Below, piece by piece: positions 51,541 to 63,985 of a stretch of 64,000 bases of DNA. A program made the position numbers and the translations under genes. How positions within the stretch are numbered: the stretch's first letter is position 1; the number at the start of each line of letters is the position of its first letter. Under the pieces are notes generated by a model. The model was not told where the DNA came from, ran no database searches, and saw only the letters and a program-made list of their open reading frames with translations. This DNA comes from Octopus bimaculoides (taxonomy: Eukaryota), in the NCBI RefSeq assembly GCF_001194135.2, contig NC_068981.1, positions 7,980,756 through 8,044,755 on the forward strand, written 5' to 3'.

Positions 51541-51849
51541 AACGTTCTTTTCTTTTTCTTTTTTTCTTTTCGTTTTCTTTCTTTTTTTTCTTTTTCCCTT
51601 CTTTTCTTTTTCTCTTCTTTTTCTTTTTGCCAGTTGTAAACTTGAAATTTGAAGACTGATGATGTCATTCCATCAACGTGGGAACGTTGGTTGCTTCGTT
51701 CAAACTTAGAATTTCAATTTCTATAATTTTCAATTTCTATGTATCACTTTTCATTTTGAACTCAACAAAGACAAGCTTTCTGTCAAAATATTGTTGAACC
51801 AATAAAACATCTATTGCAATCACATCGCGCTCTTCCTATTGTCTATTAT

Positions 51850-53820
51850 TATTTTTTTTATATATGTTTGACTTTTGCTTTGTAATTGTTACAAGTTGGC
51901 TACAAGTCTCACCCAGAGATCTCAAGTGACAAGTTAGAAGTTTATGTTGGTGTTATTCCTAGGGTGTCATATAGTTGGTTTTGCACATAGAGAATGTTGA
52001 AGAAAACATAAAATTATGAGTTTGTTTCAAAATTTGAGATCACATAGACAGTATTTTACGTAGGATGTGGGCAGTTCCCATGAGCACTATCTTTTGAACT
52101 TCAGCCATTTTAGGGTTTCCTGGTATCTGAGCTAGGTAGTAATCAGCCCGTTTCGCTGTCATTCCCAGGGCACCTATGACAACAGGTATTGTTTTAGTTT
52201 TCAGGTTCCACATTTTGCTCATTTCTATTTCAAGATCTTTATAATTGCTCAATTTTTGGTAGGTCTTGACAGATACATTTATGTCGATTGGGATAGTCAT
52301 ATCAATGAGGAGGCATGATTTTTGTCTGAAGTCTATCAATGTAATGCCTGGCCTATTTGCATCTATCTTTCTGTCAGTTTGAATGGTGAAGTTCCAGAGG
52401 AGTGCGATGTGATCATTTGCAAGTACTGGGGGTGGTTTGTGTTCCCACCAGTTTTTATCATGGGGCAAGTCCAGGTTTTTGCATATTACCCAGTGAATAT
52501 ATTGTGCAGCTCAATCATACCAGTTAAGATACTCTGTAGGTGCAAGAAGACTGCACATGGAGACAACATGATCAATGGTTTCATTTGTTGTTGATATACA
52601 CGACATGTTGGGCAACTGCTGTTCTTTAATATGTTGGCTTGGTAGTTCCTTGTAGGTAGCACTGATCTTGGGCTGCTATGGTAAACCCTTCTGACTCTGA
52701 TTTTAACTCAGAAGCCATTAGCCATTGATGGGTGAGGGCTTTGTCAACATCGGATTTATTTGCTCTCTTTGGGTATTTGCCATTGAGAGGTTTTCTTGCC
52801 ATTTATCAGTCAGAATATCTAAGGCAGCAGTTTTAGCACGGGTTTCCATGCGCTTGGCTTTTTCTATGCTTGTTTTTAGTACGTCTAATTCTGCAATTTG
52901 TTGTATTTGGAATTCACTTAGATATTCCTTTTGTTACTGAGGATGATGTTTTCTTGTTTTCATGTTTTGGGACAAGTTTTAACATTCAGCCATCAGAGTT
53001 TTTCAGGTAGGTGTTTAGGCCAATTGTGGCAATCTCCATTGTTAATTCCAGTTGTAAAAGTCCACGGCCTTCCTCTTTTCTTGACAGATAAAGTCGTTCT
53101 ATATCTGCCTTCTATGCATTGTCAACAATTTTCATACTTTTCTGTCAAGATTACAGATTTCAGTAACTGACCAGTTAATGATATTGAAACTGTAAGTCAA
53201 GACTGGTATGGCTAAAGTATCGATCGCTTCGATCCTGTTTCTTACATTCAGCTCTGTCTTGAGTATTGCTCTCACCCTGCGATAACATTCTCTTCTGATC
53301 CTTACCTTCATCACTGAATGTTTGATTCCGTCCCCTTTAAATACCCCCAGGTATTTGTAGCTCTCCGTTGGTTCTAACTCCTTTATGACATTCTAGTCAA
53401 GTTTAACGTTAGATGTTTCTGCCATTTTCCCTTTGATAAAGGTTGCTTTTGCACATTTATCGAGGTCAAATTGCATCCTGATGTCATCACTGAATTGTTT
53501 AACAATCGCTAGTAAACCCTTGAGTTGTTGCTCGTGTTTTGGAAAGAGCTTAAATCATCCATGTAAATGAGATGATTTATATTTTTATCAAACATTTTAT
53601 AGACGTACATCATTGAACAATTTTGAGAGAAGTATTAAGGTTAGACAAAAGAGGAGTGGTGATAGAGAGTCACCCTGGAACATGCCATATGAAATTCTTA
53701 CATCTCCAGCACTAAGAGATTCATTGTCACTGTTCAAAGTCAATGTGGTTCTCCATGATCCCATACTTACAGACAGAATGTTTCGCAGAGTAGGAGCTAT
53801 TTTATACATTTCCAGATATG
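51850..53820 (-). mobile_element. 5'-truncated decayed R4/Dong-like LINE (RT to REL plus 3' UTR)
   Basis: GMFQGDSLSPLLF, INHLIYMDDL, RNRIEAIDTLAIPVLTYSF, LLWNFTIQTDRKIDANRP and TIPVVIGALG..GTAHILRKILSM*. The 5' junction abuts (TAC)n(TAT)n. Confidence 0.93.
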
Positions 53821-53822
53821 AT

Positions 53823-53872
<50 letters not shown>

Positions 53873-53873
53873 A

Positions 53874-53903
<30 letters not shown>

Positions 53904-53904
<1 letters not shown>

Positions 53905-54222
53905 GAGTGAGAGAGCAGTGCATGCCATCAAAGTGACACTAGAGTAAAATATACGAAACCCAGTATACCCATCATGACTACCTGTCCGATAAGGGTACAC
54001 CAGGTACATATATTACAATCATATGTGCCCAACATGGTGATTTCATATCAAGATTAACAGTGCATGACCTTGTAGGTGGGCCTAGTTAGAATTTTCCCCA
54101 GGTCGAGAAACCCATCCCGCTGTAAAGGTCCCTAAAGAAGGTTTGTTTTAAGGATGATGAACAAAGCACCCATATTTCCAGAGGTGAATTATTCAAACCC
54201 CATAGAATTCCTCTCAACACAT
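53904..54222 (-). mobile_element. Element A copy 1
   Basis: Homologous to 54283-54600 and 18065-18345; (TAA)n tail on the minus strand. Confidence 0.8.
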
Positions 54223-54236
54223 CATCATCATCTTCA

Positions 54237-54282
<46 letters not shown>

Positions 54283-54283
<1 letters not shown>

Positions 54284-54754
54284 GAGTGAGAGAGCAGTGC
54301 ATGCCATCAAAGTGACACTGAGGTAAAATATACGAAACCCATTATACCTGTCATGACTACCTGTCTGATAAGGGTACATCAGGCACATGCATCACAACTA
54401 TATGTGCGCGACATGGTGATCTCATATCAAGATAAACAGCGTATGACATCGCAGGTGGGGCCCAGTTAGTATTTTCTTCAGGTCGAGTAGCCCATCCCGC
54501 TCAAAAGGTCCCTGAATAAGGTTTGTTTAAGGATGTTGAGCAAAACACCCATGTTTCCAAAGGTGAATTATTCAAATCCCAAAGAATTCCTCTCAACACA
54601 TGGCTATGATGCTCCCCCACTACTTCTGCTCGTGATCAGAGATGCACATATCGTCAGCCACCAAGGGACATGCTCAACTGCTTAAAGTCAAACAACTGAC
54701 AAGCAAATCTCTGGTATTGAGCAGAATATTTTGCTGTAACCCATCTTTTATACC
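54283..54754 (-). mobile_element. Element A copy 2 (longer)
   Basis: As copy 1, extending to the N gap. Confidence 0.8.
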
Positions 54755-54861
54755 NNNNNNNNNNNNNNNNNNNNNNNNNNNNNNNNNNNNNNNNNNNNNN
54801 NNNNNNNNNNNNNNNNNNNNNNNNNNNNNNNNNNNNNNNNNNNNNNNNNNNNNNNNNNNNN

Positions 54862-55065
54862 NTATTTTTATAACGTGCTTTCACTTCACTACTGAGCGCA
54901 GCTCTGTGCGCCTTGGGTATGTGCTGTGGTTTGCTGTGGTGCTCTTATGTTTACTGTATTGAAAGTGTTTTGCGTAGAATGTGTGCAGTACCCAGTAGTG
55001 CAATTTTCTGTATGTTATATATATTTGTAAGTCCTGGTGTTTTTGTTATGTATTTGTCTGAATAT
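54862..55065 (-). mobile_element. Dong-like LINE extreme 3' end
   Basis: DKYITKTPGLTNIYNIQKIALLGTAHILRKTLSIQ* plus UTR. Confidence 0.85.
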
Positions 55066-55096
55066 TATTATTATTATTATCATTATTATTATTATA

Positions 55097-55156
<60 letters not shown>

Positions 55157-55175
55157 GCTGTTATTGTTGTTGTTA
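55066..55175. repeat. (TTA)n/(TTG)n array
   Basis: Direct reading. Confidence 0.95.
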
Positions 55176-55585
55176 TTTTACTTCTGCGAGCTCTCGGTCT
55201 TACTTGCTCTGGTTGATTCTGTGAGAGCGGACAGCAACCTGTTGTCAGAAGTCTCAAAGGGTCTCTCTCCGCAAATTATAAGCTTTGGTACTTGGATGCT
55301 AACTTATCACGCACCTAAGCATCAATCCCAAAATCCTAGCTGTCCCAATAAAGTAATGTTTTGGGCCTGCTCCGCCATCATGTCAATTCCAATTTCTTCG
55401 ACATATTTCTCTAACCTGGTTGTTAGTGCTCCGAGTGTCCTTACAACTACGTTCTTAAATAACAGTTACCGTTCTCATTACCAGAATTCTTGCAATTTCG
55501 CCTTTCACTAGTCTGTATTCCTCCATCTTTTCCAGCTCCTTGTCGTCTGCGCGTGCACCCCCAACATGGCAATATCTATGATCGT
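55176..55585 (-). mobile_element. Dong-like LINE 3' end (REL C-terminus plus UTR)
   Basis: IIDIAM..RADDKELEKMEEYRLVKGEIAR..TLGALTTRLEKYVEEIGI..ITLLG.ARIL. Confidence 0.8.
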
Positions 55586-55639
55586 GGTTTCCTTTTTTTT
55601 TCTCTCTCTACCACAACAATGTCTGGTTTCCGATTATTT

Positions 55640-55845
55640 TTGCGAGTTGGCAGAATCTTTAGCATATCGGACAAAATGTCTAGCGGTATTTCCTCCGGCT
55701 CATTACGTTCTGAGTTCAAATTCTGCCACCGATGTCAACTTCTCCTTTCATCCTTTCGGAGTCGATAAAAGAAGTACCAATTGAGCACTTAACCCCCTCC
55801 TCACCCCCGAAATTCCTCGCCTTCTGCTAAAATTTGAAACCATTG
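55640..55845 (+). mobile_element. SINE family A
   Basis: gagttggcagaatc head and B box gagttcaaattc. Confidence 0.8.
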
Positions 55846-56220
55846 CTTTTATTTTTAAGATGGCGAACTGTGTCAGGCAAAATGCCTAAATCGCATCTAC
55901 AGCATCACGTGTCCAGAATGCAATGAGAATTACGTCGAAGAAACAGGATTAAAGTTAATTAACCGCATGAGAGTGAAAAAGCAGCAAATTAAGATTTCAT
56001 CTCTTAGACATGTTTCATGTTGTGAAAATCTAGACATTTGTGCAAATACAAAATTCGGAATATTTCCTTTTTTTGTTTTCTGTTGTTGTTGGTTTTTTTT
56101 AGCTAAAAGAAAATTATGAAAAATGGAAAGCAAAAGAAAAATACTTTATCCGAATATTAAATCCAAAACTAAACGCCATTACTAAAAACAGCTTCCTTTC
56201 TACAGATAACTCCGCAACAC

Positions 56221-56259
56221 GTGTGTTTGATGAAGTGAACAACGAAAGCGCTTACGCAC
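56221..56259 (+). ncRNA. Minimal type I hammerhead-like motif (C3 to U)
   Basis: GTGTGT-TTGATGA-A-GT(gaaca)AC-GAAA-GCGC-TT^ACGCAC: 6-bp stem I, 2-bp stem II, palindromic AGCGCT stem III. Confidence 0.55.
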
Positions 56260-57225
56260 AATATGAAAGTTTCGCCTCAAAATGTTCTTGTACTTTTTTT
56301 CTAATTTCTCTTTTTGAAAAACTTTATAGATTTTAAGAAAGCCGTGTATTTTTGGCAAAATCTTTGAAATATATATATCAAACCCTTTCTAAATTGATCT
56401 CGTAGGTGGAAATTGAAAGCTCTAACATAACATCCACTTGTAAGAGGGAATAAATATTACCTTTTGGTATTAAATGTTTGTAGATTAAATCCATCGGAGA
56501 GTGCGGCTGTATGGATGCATTTAACATAGGACGAGATGAACCTCCGTCTTCAGGGAAGAGATATTATAGAGGAAAAGTTCAAAGATGTAATCTTTGAACT
56601 TTAAAGCAATCTTTGTCCCTTTCAAACACTTTGAAAAATACTGAATACCTCGAAAGTAGACAAAGTGAATCGCCTTGTGTGTGAACGAGAATAATGGATA
56701 CCAATATTTCGCTGTGGTTGCAGCTCATCAGAAATCTATAACCGAATCATCTCGAAACGAATTTGAATCGTTCGTGTGAGGTATATATGCCACAGCACCG
56801 CATAAGTAGAACGAAAGAAAATTTTGAATTAGAAGCAATTCTTGTGACCGTTCTCACATAATGTATGTTTTGTTTATGCCCTCATTGGCAGCGAGATTCG
56901 TTGTCCAGGGAAAATTCCATTGAAGACGTTGAATGCTCAGAAATACACTGGAAACCTCAAATCTGTCGAAACGAATTGCCTTGTAGATGAGCGAGAGCGG
57001 GTCTAGGTGCCGATGAGATAAGATAACAGCGAAATTTCGACATCTTCCGTTCTCATTCACCTACAGGGCTATTCGTTTTGTCTGATTTGAGATATTCAGT
57101 GTATTTTAGAACACTCGACGTGTTAAAGACACCCTTTTTCAGAAATAGAAGAGAGAGGAAAGTCCAAGAGAAAAGGAAGACGGAGGGGAAAAAATCGCAA
57201 ACAATCCACATGTAGGTACGTTTTG

Positions 57226-57282
<57 letters not shown>

Positions 57283-57389
57283 TACACACACACACGTATA
57301 TATATATAACAATTGCAGCCATTTAAAACACACAAAAACTGTTAGATTCACTTCAACATTTAAATTTAATTTATATATATATTTAATAT

Positions 57390-58480
57390 ATATGGTCCTT
57401 AAAAGATACAGGTGTCAGTCACAACATCCCTTGGAAGATCTTAGCCAAGTGTAAGCCCTACACCAACGGCAGTGGAAAGTGCGGTCTTTGTAATATGGAA
57501 ACATCTGGAAAAGCAGCTTAGACCCCGCCACATGTCTAAATTCAAGAATTGAACCTTTCGGATCATGTCTACATGTGGCTAAATATTTGTTACGTTTTTG
57601 GTCCCCGCGAGAATACAGATAGGACTTGCTTTCTATATTGTGTCCACATACAAGCTTTTTTATCTCTCTATACGTTTTACTTATATTTCTTATACATTTC
57701 TTATATATCTTTTTACATATTTATAGATATTGGTTATACTTTTATTGCTCATATATTTTTTTACACATAATTTTTCTGTATTCTACCTTCCACCCTGCAT
57801 TTTTCCTGTGCGTATATAGACGTGTATATGGAATTTTTTTGTGCGCATGTGTGTATGTGTGTGTGCGGGTATGTGCGTATATAGACCTGTGTGTGTGTGT
57901 GCGTACATGTGAGTATCTTCGTATATAGACGTGTTTTACTCTAATTGCTTATTTTTAACACATTTTTTCACATATTTTTCTGTATTTTGCCTTTAGCCCT
58001 ATTTTTTCTTGTGCATGTGCATATATAGACGTGTGTATGAACCTCTTTTGTGCGCGCGTGTGTGTGTGTGTGTGTGCGAGCGTGTATGCGGGTATATATA
58101 TATTTTTGGGCGAATGTGTGGGTATGCATGTGTGTGTTTCAAGTGAAGGTGGATGAGTATATACATATAGGTGCATGTACGTGGGTGTGTGGGCGCGCAT
58201 GTGCATGTATGGACATGCACACTTACACGATTACTATGAACATTTTTACTCTCTTACCTTTATTCCCTCCCCTTGGTGGTCATTCTAATAGCTCTTTTGT
58301 CTTAATAACGGTCAACCACACAGTAATTTCCCTATGTTTTAACGGTCATTTTCATAGCATTTTTTCGGTGGCCCGATAACTGAAGAGATGCCGGCGTGTG
58401 TTTCCGCCCCGACACCCGAAACTCAGAGTTTTATCATGGCTACCGAATAATTGTCATATATTATATTTACAGATATATTT
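57390..58480 (+). mobile_element. PLE 3' end (GIY-YIG C-terminus, low-complexity UTR, hammerhead)
   Basis: IWSLKDTGVSHNIPWKILAKCKPYTNGSGKCGLCNME then (frameshift) LDPATCLNSRIEPFGSCLHVAKYLL. Continuity through the TA/TG-rich UTR to 58480 is inferred. Confidence 0.75.
58364..58447 (+). ncRNA. Type I hammerhead ribozyme with intact core and long stem I
   Basis: Stem I TTCGGTGGCC-c-GATAA / TTATC-at-GGCTACCGAA (15 bp), CTGAAGA at 58380-58386, imperfect long stem II, GAAA at 58418-58421, stem III ACTC-a-GAGT, GUU triplet with the cut after 58430. Confidence 0.7.
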
Positions 58481-58559
58481 AATATATATATTTATCTATG
58501 TACGTGTATATGTTTCTGCATGCTGCACGTGAATGTATATGTGTATCTACATTTGCATT

Positions 58560-58760
58560 TATCTCATCACCGCTTGACAACCGGTATTGGTTTGTTTACC
58601 TTCCCGTAACGTAGCGATTCGCCACAAGATACCGATAGAATAAGTACAAGAGTTTAAAAAAGAAACAAGTATTAGACTCGATTTGTTCAACTAGAATTAT
58701 TCAAGGCAGTGCCCCAGTATGGCCGCGTTCCAAAGGCTGAAACAAATAAAAAAATAAAGG
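58560..58760 (+). mobile_element. SINE family B tail
   Basis: Reverse complement of the 50405-50610 sequence (cttgacaaccg..gtttac..ccgtaac.tagcg). Confidence 0.7.
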
Positions 58761-59795
58761 ACAGAAGATAGTTATACACACATACTTACGCGCATGCGCC
58801 TATTATGTGCATAAACATCTGTCTGTGTGTATGAAGGTATGTATGATGCATTCAGTAACACGTGTTGTTTTAGTGTCAGCCTTTTTCGTGCTGTATGATT
58901 CAACTTGTTTGTTGGTAATGCAAGTACGAGTTGAACTTGTAATCTTCCTATCTGAATGAGTGAACTTGTGCGGCACCCCTTCACAGATATTTCTTTTATT
59001 TCCTTTCATGTAGGCTATCTTTGGATGTGTCCTTACCACAAAGAGACGATGTTAGATGTAAGTATTGTATGATAATGTCAAATTCCTTTACGTCTCTATT
59101 CAACCATGTAGAATATGATCGCTTCATAACTGGCAATCTTAGATTATAAATTATCGATTACTGAATATCGACATTAAAAAAATGCAATCAGAACGTGAAG
59201 AATGGAAACCGACTGATGCCGTTCATCTAAGACTATCATTTAATTTTTCTCAACATTCCGTTTTTATCTCTCTTCCATCAATCAGACTACCAACAGGACA
59301 ATCAAAGAACTGTTTGTTTCGCCTCTTTCTATTTCCTTTGAATACTTTGAGGGAGAGAGGGGGAGGTAGACGGGGACAGTGCGCCTGCGTATATTAGCTT
59401 GGTCACTCAATCATTGGAGATTCTAAACGACTGTAGATATGTCGCTTTGGTTATTTAAAAGGGAATATATCGCCTTTCGAATTATGCACTGAATGGCTTC
59501 TCAATGAAGTTTTATGGCCTCGTTTTAATCCCGGTGGCCTCAGCAAAATGTCATTATTTATATATATCTGTAGACTTGCTGGCGGCCAACCTACAACAAG
59601 ATGCTCACTTAACAAAATCTGCATATTGCTCCTCCGCCTCGAAACGGATAATTCACTTTAATAAATGACTACTTATGGTGGCCATATTTCTCCTAACATT
59701 TAGTTTCTATCAGAATTTCTTTATGTGTTTTAGTTGTTGTCTGATAAATGCACTTTTAAAACTAGCTTCCCAACGAATAAACTCACGTGTTCACA

Positions 59796-59844
<49 letters not shown>

Positions 59845-60644
59845 TTATTCGTCTCCATAATAAAACTCCCAAACAAAACAACATGTTAATAGATGTAGAA
59901 ACATCCTCTTGTTTATGAATAATCTCAATAATTGATTAAGACATTATTTTATTTTATCGATATCGGAAGACTGAAAGGCAAATTCGAACTCAGCTGGATT
60001 GGAACTCACAAGCTAAAGCGATATTACCTATCATGTGTTCGTTTCGGTTGCTCTACCGAGTATACCAAACTAGAAATAGTAAAATTCTTATTAGATCGAC
60101 TGTGTGGTAGAATCGATAGTGTTGATGAAAATCCCTTATTGTAATTAGTTCCGTTCCTTTAGGACTACGTTCAAATCCTACAGAAGTTACCTTCGCCTTT
60201 CAGACCTCTGGGGGCGATAAGAAATCGTTCAAGATATCAGCATCGTGTGTATACAACAAATCTTAATGGGTTGCACTACATTCCACTGTTATGTCAGTCG
60301 TGTTGGATTTCTTTTTTCTTTTTTTTCTTTACTCTTTGTTTCTTTTTTATGCTGCTGATGGCTGGTTCTTGGTCAGTTGTGTTCGTGCAAACCTATCATC
60401 AAAAGCGTCTCAAAAGTGGTCACCTCATCTTTTTTATAAACTTTTTTGTTTCTATGTCCAAATCTTGACATGTCATCGTCTTTCTTCTCCACTGAGATCG
60501 ATACAATCAGAATCAATCAATTTTATTAACCCATTCAATTGATTATAAGCCTCACTTGGAAAATAAAAGAAAAGAAGAGAAAACATAACCTCTCCGAGAA
60601 CGAAATTACTAAATCCTTCTAATTTTATAACAAGGTCATTAATT

Positions 60645-61000
60645 TTGACCTGAGCGGGAAGTCGATTACGTCGAACCCTGAACTGCTACTTATGCTATTG
60701 ACCCACAAACGACAACAGACAAAGTTGAACTCGGCGGTATTTGAACCGAAGGAAATGTTGCAAAGCATTTTGCCCAACTCGTTAACGATTCAGCCAACTC
60801 ACCGCCTCAAAATAATAATCCTTTTCTGCTGGGCATGAAATTTTGATGGGAGGAGACTAGTCTTTTACATCAATCCCAATACCCAAATGGTGCATTCTTT
60901 TATCGACCCCGAAAAGATGAAAAGCGAAATCGACCTCGGCAGAACTTGAAATCAGTACGTAAGCAAATTGCCCGGTGTGCTAACGATTCTGCCAGCTTGT
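60645..61000 (-). mobile_element. Two tandem diverged family A SINEs
   Basis: 60645-60808 and 60822-61000 each match the SINE A reverse complement. Confidence 0.7.
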
Positions 61001-62055
61001 CACTTAAAGTAATTGAGTAATAATAATTAATAATGTAAATTCCAGTAAAAAAATTTTAAAACTAAACAAAATCCAAAATGGTCGACGGTTGACAGCGTGT
61101 GGTGAAAGACAGATTAAAAGATAGATTAAAAGAGAAGCAATGAACGAATATGAAATAATAATTCCGTTGATTACGGATAGATTAAAGGAAGTCTATATGG
61201 AACTGTTTCGTTTGTTATTCTGTTACAAAGGATATGGAAGATGGAATCCGTTGTGTGTGACGAAACAATATCAACACAAAGTAGTGGAAAATCGAATGGG
61301 TTGGTTACGACTGGGAAAATAGCACAGGTATAGTATAATTGGCACCTATACTATAAGTATAGTATAATGGACACATATACTATATGTGCCCATATAGTAT
61401 AGTATAGTATGAAGCAACAAAAGAGATTGTTCCCATAACAGTAAAAGATTTGGTTTGGAATAGTTTGAATGAAAGAATAAAGACTGGAAAGAGGAAATGA
61501 AAGATAAAAAGGAAGAGAACGACGGAGAAGTAGCAGGTGAAAGAATGAGTTGAGTAAAAGAAAGAAAAATGAATGATTAAATTGAAAGAGTAATACGGGT
61601 ATCGCTATAACAATAGATTAAAGGGAGTACATGTGAAGGTTGGGCTTGTCTGTATTTCTGTTAGACAATGATTGAAGTAGCTTCGTTATCGAAGTCCCTA
61701 AAGTCGCACCAGACACCAATGATGGTCATTTTAATCTCATCCAAAATGGCGGAGTTGAGGAAAAATATTCTGTTAATGCTTTTCAGGCTTTACCTGTTTC
61801 CCACCGTTTAAATGTATATGTGAGTATGTCTGTTGTTTATGTGTAGGTGAATGTGTGTGATGTAGTGTGTGTGTGTGTGTGTGATGTAGTGTGTGTGATG
61901 TAGTGTGTGTGATGTAGTGTGTGTGATGTAGTGTGTGTATGTGAGAGAGATGGTTGTGACGGATGTGTCATGTATTATGTTGGCGTTTGGTGGTTGTGTT
62001 TTAGTAGTGGTGTGTTTGGTGGTGAGTATAATGTATGATGATCGAATGCCGTGTG

Positions 62056-62090
<35 letters not shown>

Positions 62091-62351
62091 TATATAAGAA
62101 CTTTATGAAATGAGAGAGAAGCATTTCTATTTGAAAACTGGGTGAAAGAGACAAAAACCATAAAGAAAGGGAGATCAGTAGAAAGAGGGAAAAGAAAGAA
62201 AGACGTCTTAAAACAAGAGGGAAATGAGGGAAACGTAAATGAGAACAAAATAAAGATGGCCTTAAAATGTATCGGAAAATTAAAACGAGAAAAACTGTTG
62301 TAAGTATAATGTAGAAAGCGATGAATAGAGAGACAGGCTGACAGACAGTAT

Positions 62352-62354
62352 ACG

Positions 62355-62418
<64 letters not shown>

Positions 62419-62488
62419 TGTAGGGGAGTGAGTGAGTGTGTGTGTTAGCGTGTATGAGTGTTTGTATACACTTAGAGAGACATACAGG

Positions 62489-62532
<44 letters not shown>

Positions 62533-62535
62533 GAG
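62352..62535. repeat. (GCGT)n and (GATA)n microsatellites
   Basis: Direct reading. Confidence 0.95.
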
Positions 62536-63344
62536 ATAGATAGACGAAGGTGTACAATATCTATATACGCTTGTGTGTGAAAGTATGCATGTGTGTGCAT
62601 GTGTGTGTGTGTGTGCGCGCGCACGTTTGTTTGTATTCAGAGAGAAAGGTAGAGAAAGAGCGAGAGTGAAGCAGAGAATGTCGGACCACAATCTATGGAT
62701 GACAACAATAACAGACTTTATTTTGTACAAAATGGATTGTTCAATGGCGATAGCTGTGCCTTGGGTAATCCAAGTTATGTAATGTTTTGTGAGTACACTG
62801 GAGATGTGGTTGGCCGCTGAGTCATCATAATAAATGAGAGAAAAACAATCCAACTTCAATGATTTTCTTGTGCACAAGAAACAGTGAAACCTGTTAAATC
62901 CCACACAATATGGAACTCCATATATATTTCTCACTTAACCAAGATTCTTGTTTATTAATTTCTTTTCTTTGTTTTCTTTTCTACTTTGATATTTGTGTTT
63001 CTGGTAAATTCTTTGAAAAAGTAACAACGGAAGCAACAGGAATCCTCCTTTGACAAGAAAAAAATGAAAGCTGTTATGCTGGAAGTTGTTATAAAAATTT
63101 GTTGAGTTAATGTCATTTCTTGCTTTCTTCCGTCAGTACCTTGTTCCCTATTATTTCCTCTCTTCCTCTTCTTTCTTTACTTCCACCTCTTCCTCTGCCC
63201 CTCCTTCTCATATTACTACTTCACTACCACCCTCTGCCTACCTACTCCTCTTCCTCTTCTATACTTCCGGCTGCCTTTACCAAGCCTTCACTTTACTTCG
63301 AACTTTAATTTTGCCTGCTCGCTACACCTCTCTCTCCTCCATCT

Positions 63345-63394
<50 letters not shown>

Positions 63395-63398
63395 GGCA

Positions 63399-63600
63399 AA
63401 GGTGGTCGAATCGCAGAGTCGTTAGCGCGACGGTTAAGATGTGTTGTGACATTTCTTCCGGCTCCACGTCCCGAGATCAATTACCGCCCAGGTCAACTTT
63501 TGGCATTCATTTTTCTAGGTCGAAGAAGAATCAGGCAAATACTAATGCATTCTTCTTTCCCTCCAGCAACTGCGTCATCTTTTTATCTTTTTTCCACCGA
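63399..63600 (+). mobile_element. SINE family A, diverged
   Basis: Head aaggtggtcgaatcgcagagtcgttagc, followed by the body. Confidence 0.7.
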
Positions 63601-63779
63601 ATCAAGAATGGGAAGACCGAGAGCGTCTTGAATTTAGGAAGCAAGTGGAAGAAAGAGAGAATGGCCGTTGGTCACGTGTGAGCAATGAGAGAGTCAAGGA
63701 GGAAGAGTGAGAAAGAGAGAGAGAAAGAGAAGGAACGGGTAAGGGGAGAGGAGAAGAATTGGGAAAGGGTGGGAGAGAA

Positions 63780-63985
63780 AAACAGAAAGGAAGAAGATTT
63801 AACGAAGTCGCGTCTTGTCCTTACCTTCGAAACGCGGAGTAGATAAAACAGGGAACAACTGATGAAGGGAATGTTCTTTATGTTGCATGTTTGTTTTTTC
63901 CATTGTTCGAAAAAACGTTCGTTTCCCATGTGTTTGTCTTTTATGTCCACGTTTTTTTTTTGTCCTGTACCCATATATGCATGTA
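63780..63985 (+). mobile_element. PLE-derived non-coding repeat containing CTGATGA...GAAA
   Basis: Same family as 40070-40260; ends in cctgtacccatatatgc followed by TA-rich sequence. Confidence 0.5.

Noticed and set aside
54600-54680. CTGACGA in element A (and CTGATGA at about 18046)
   Set aside because: No GAAA, stem III or UH arrangement follows, so no hammerhead can be drawn.
56206-56290. Possible phase-1 exon DNSATRVFDEVNNESAYAQYESF after a strong acceptor
   Set aside because: The donor is poor and the same bases are better explained by the minimal hammerhead fold.
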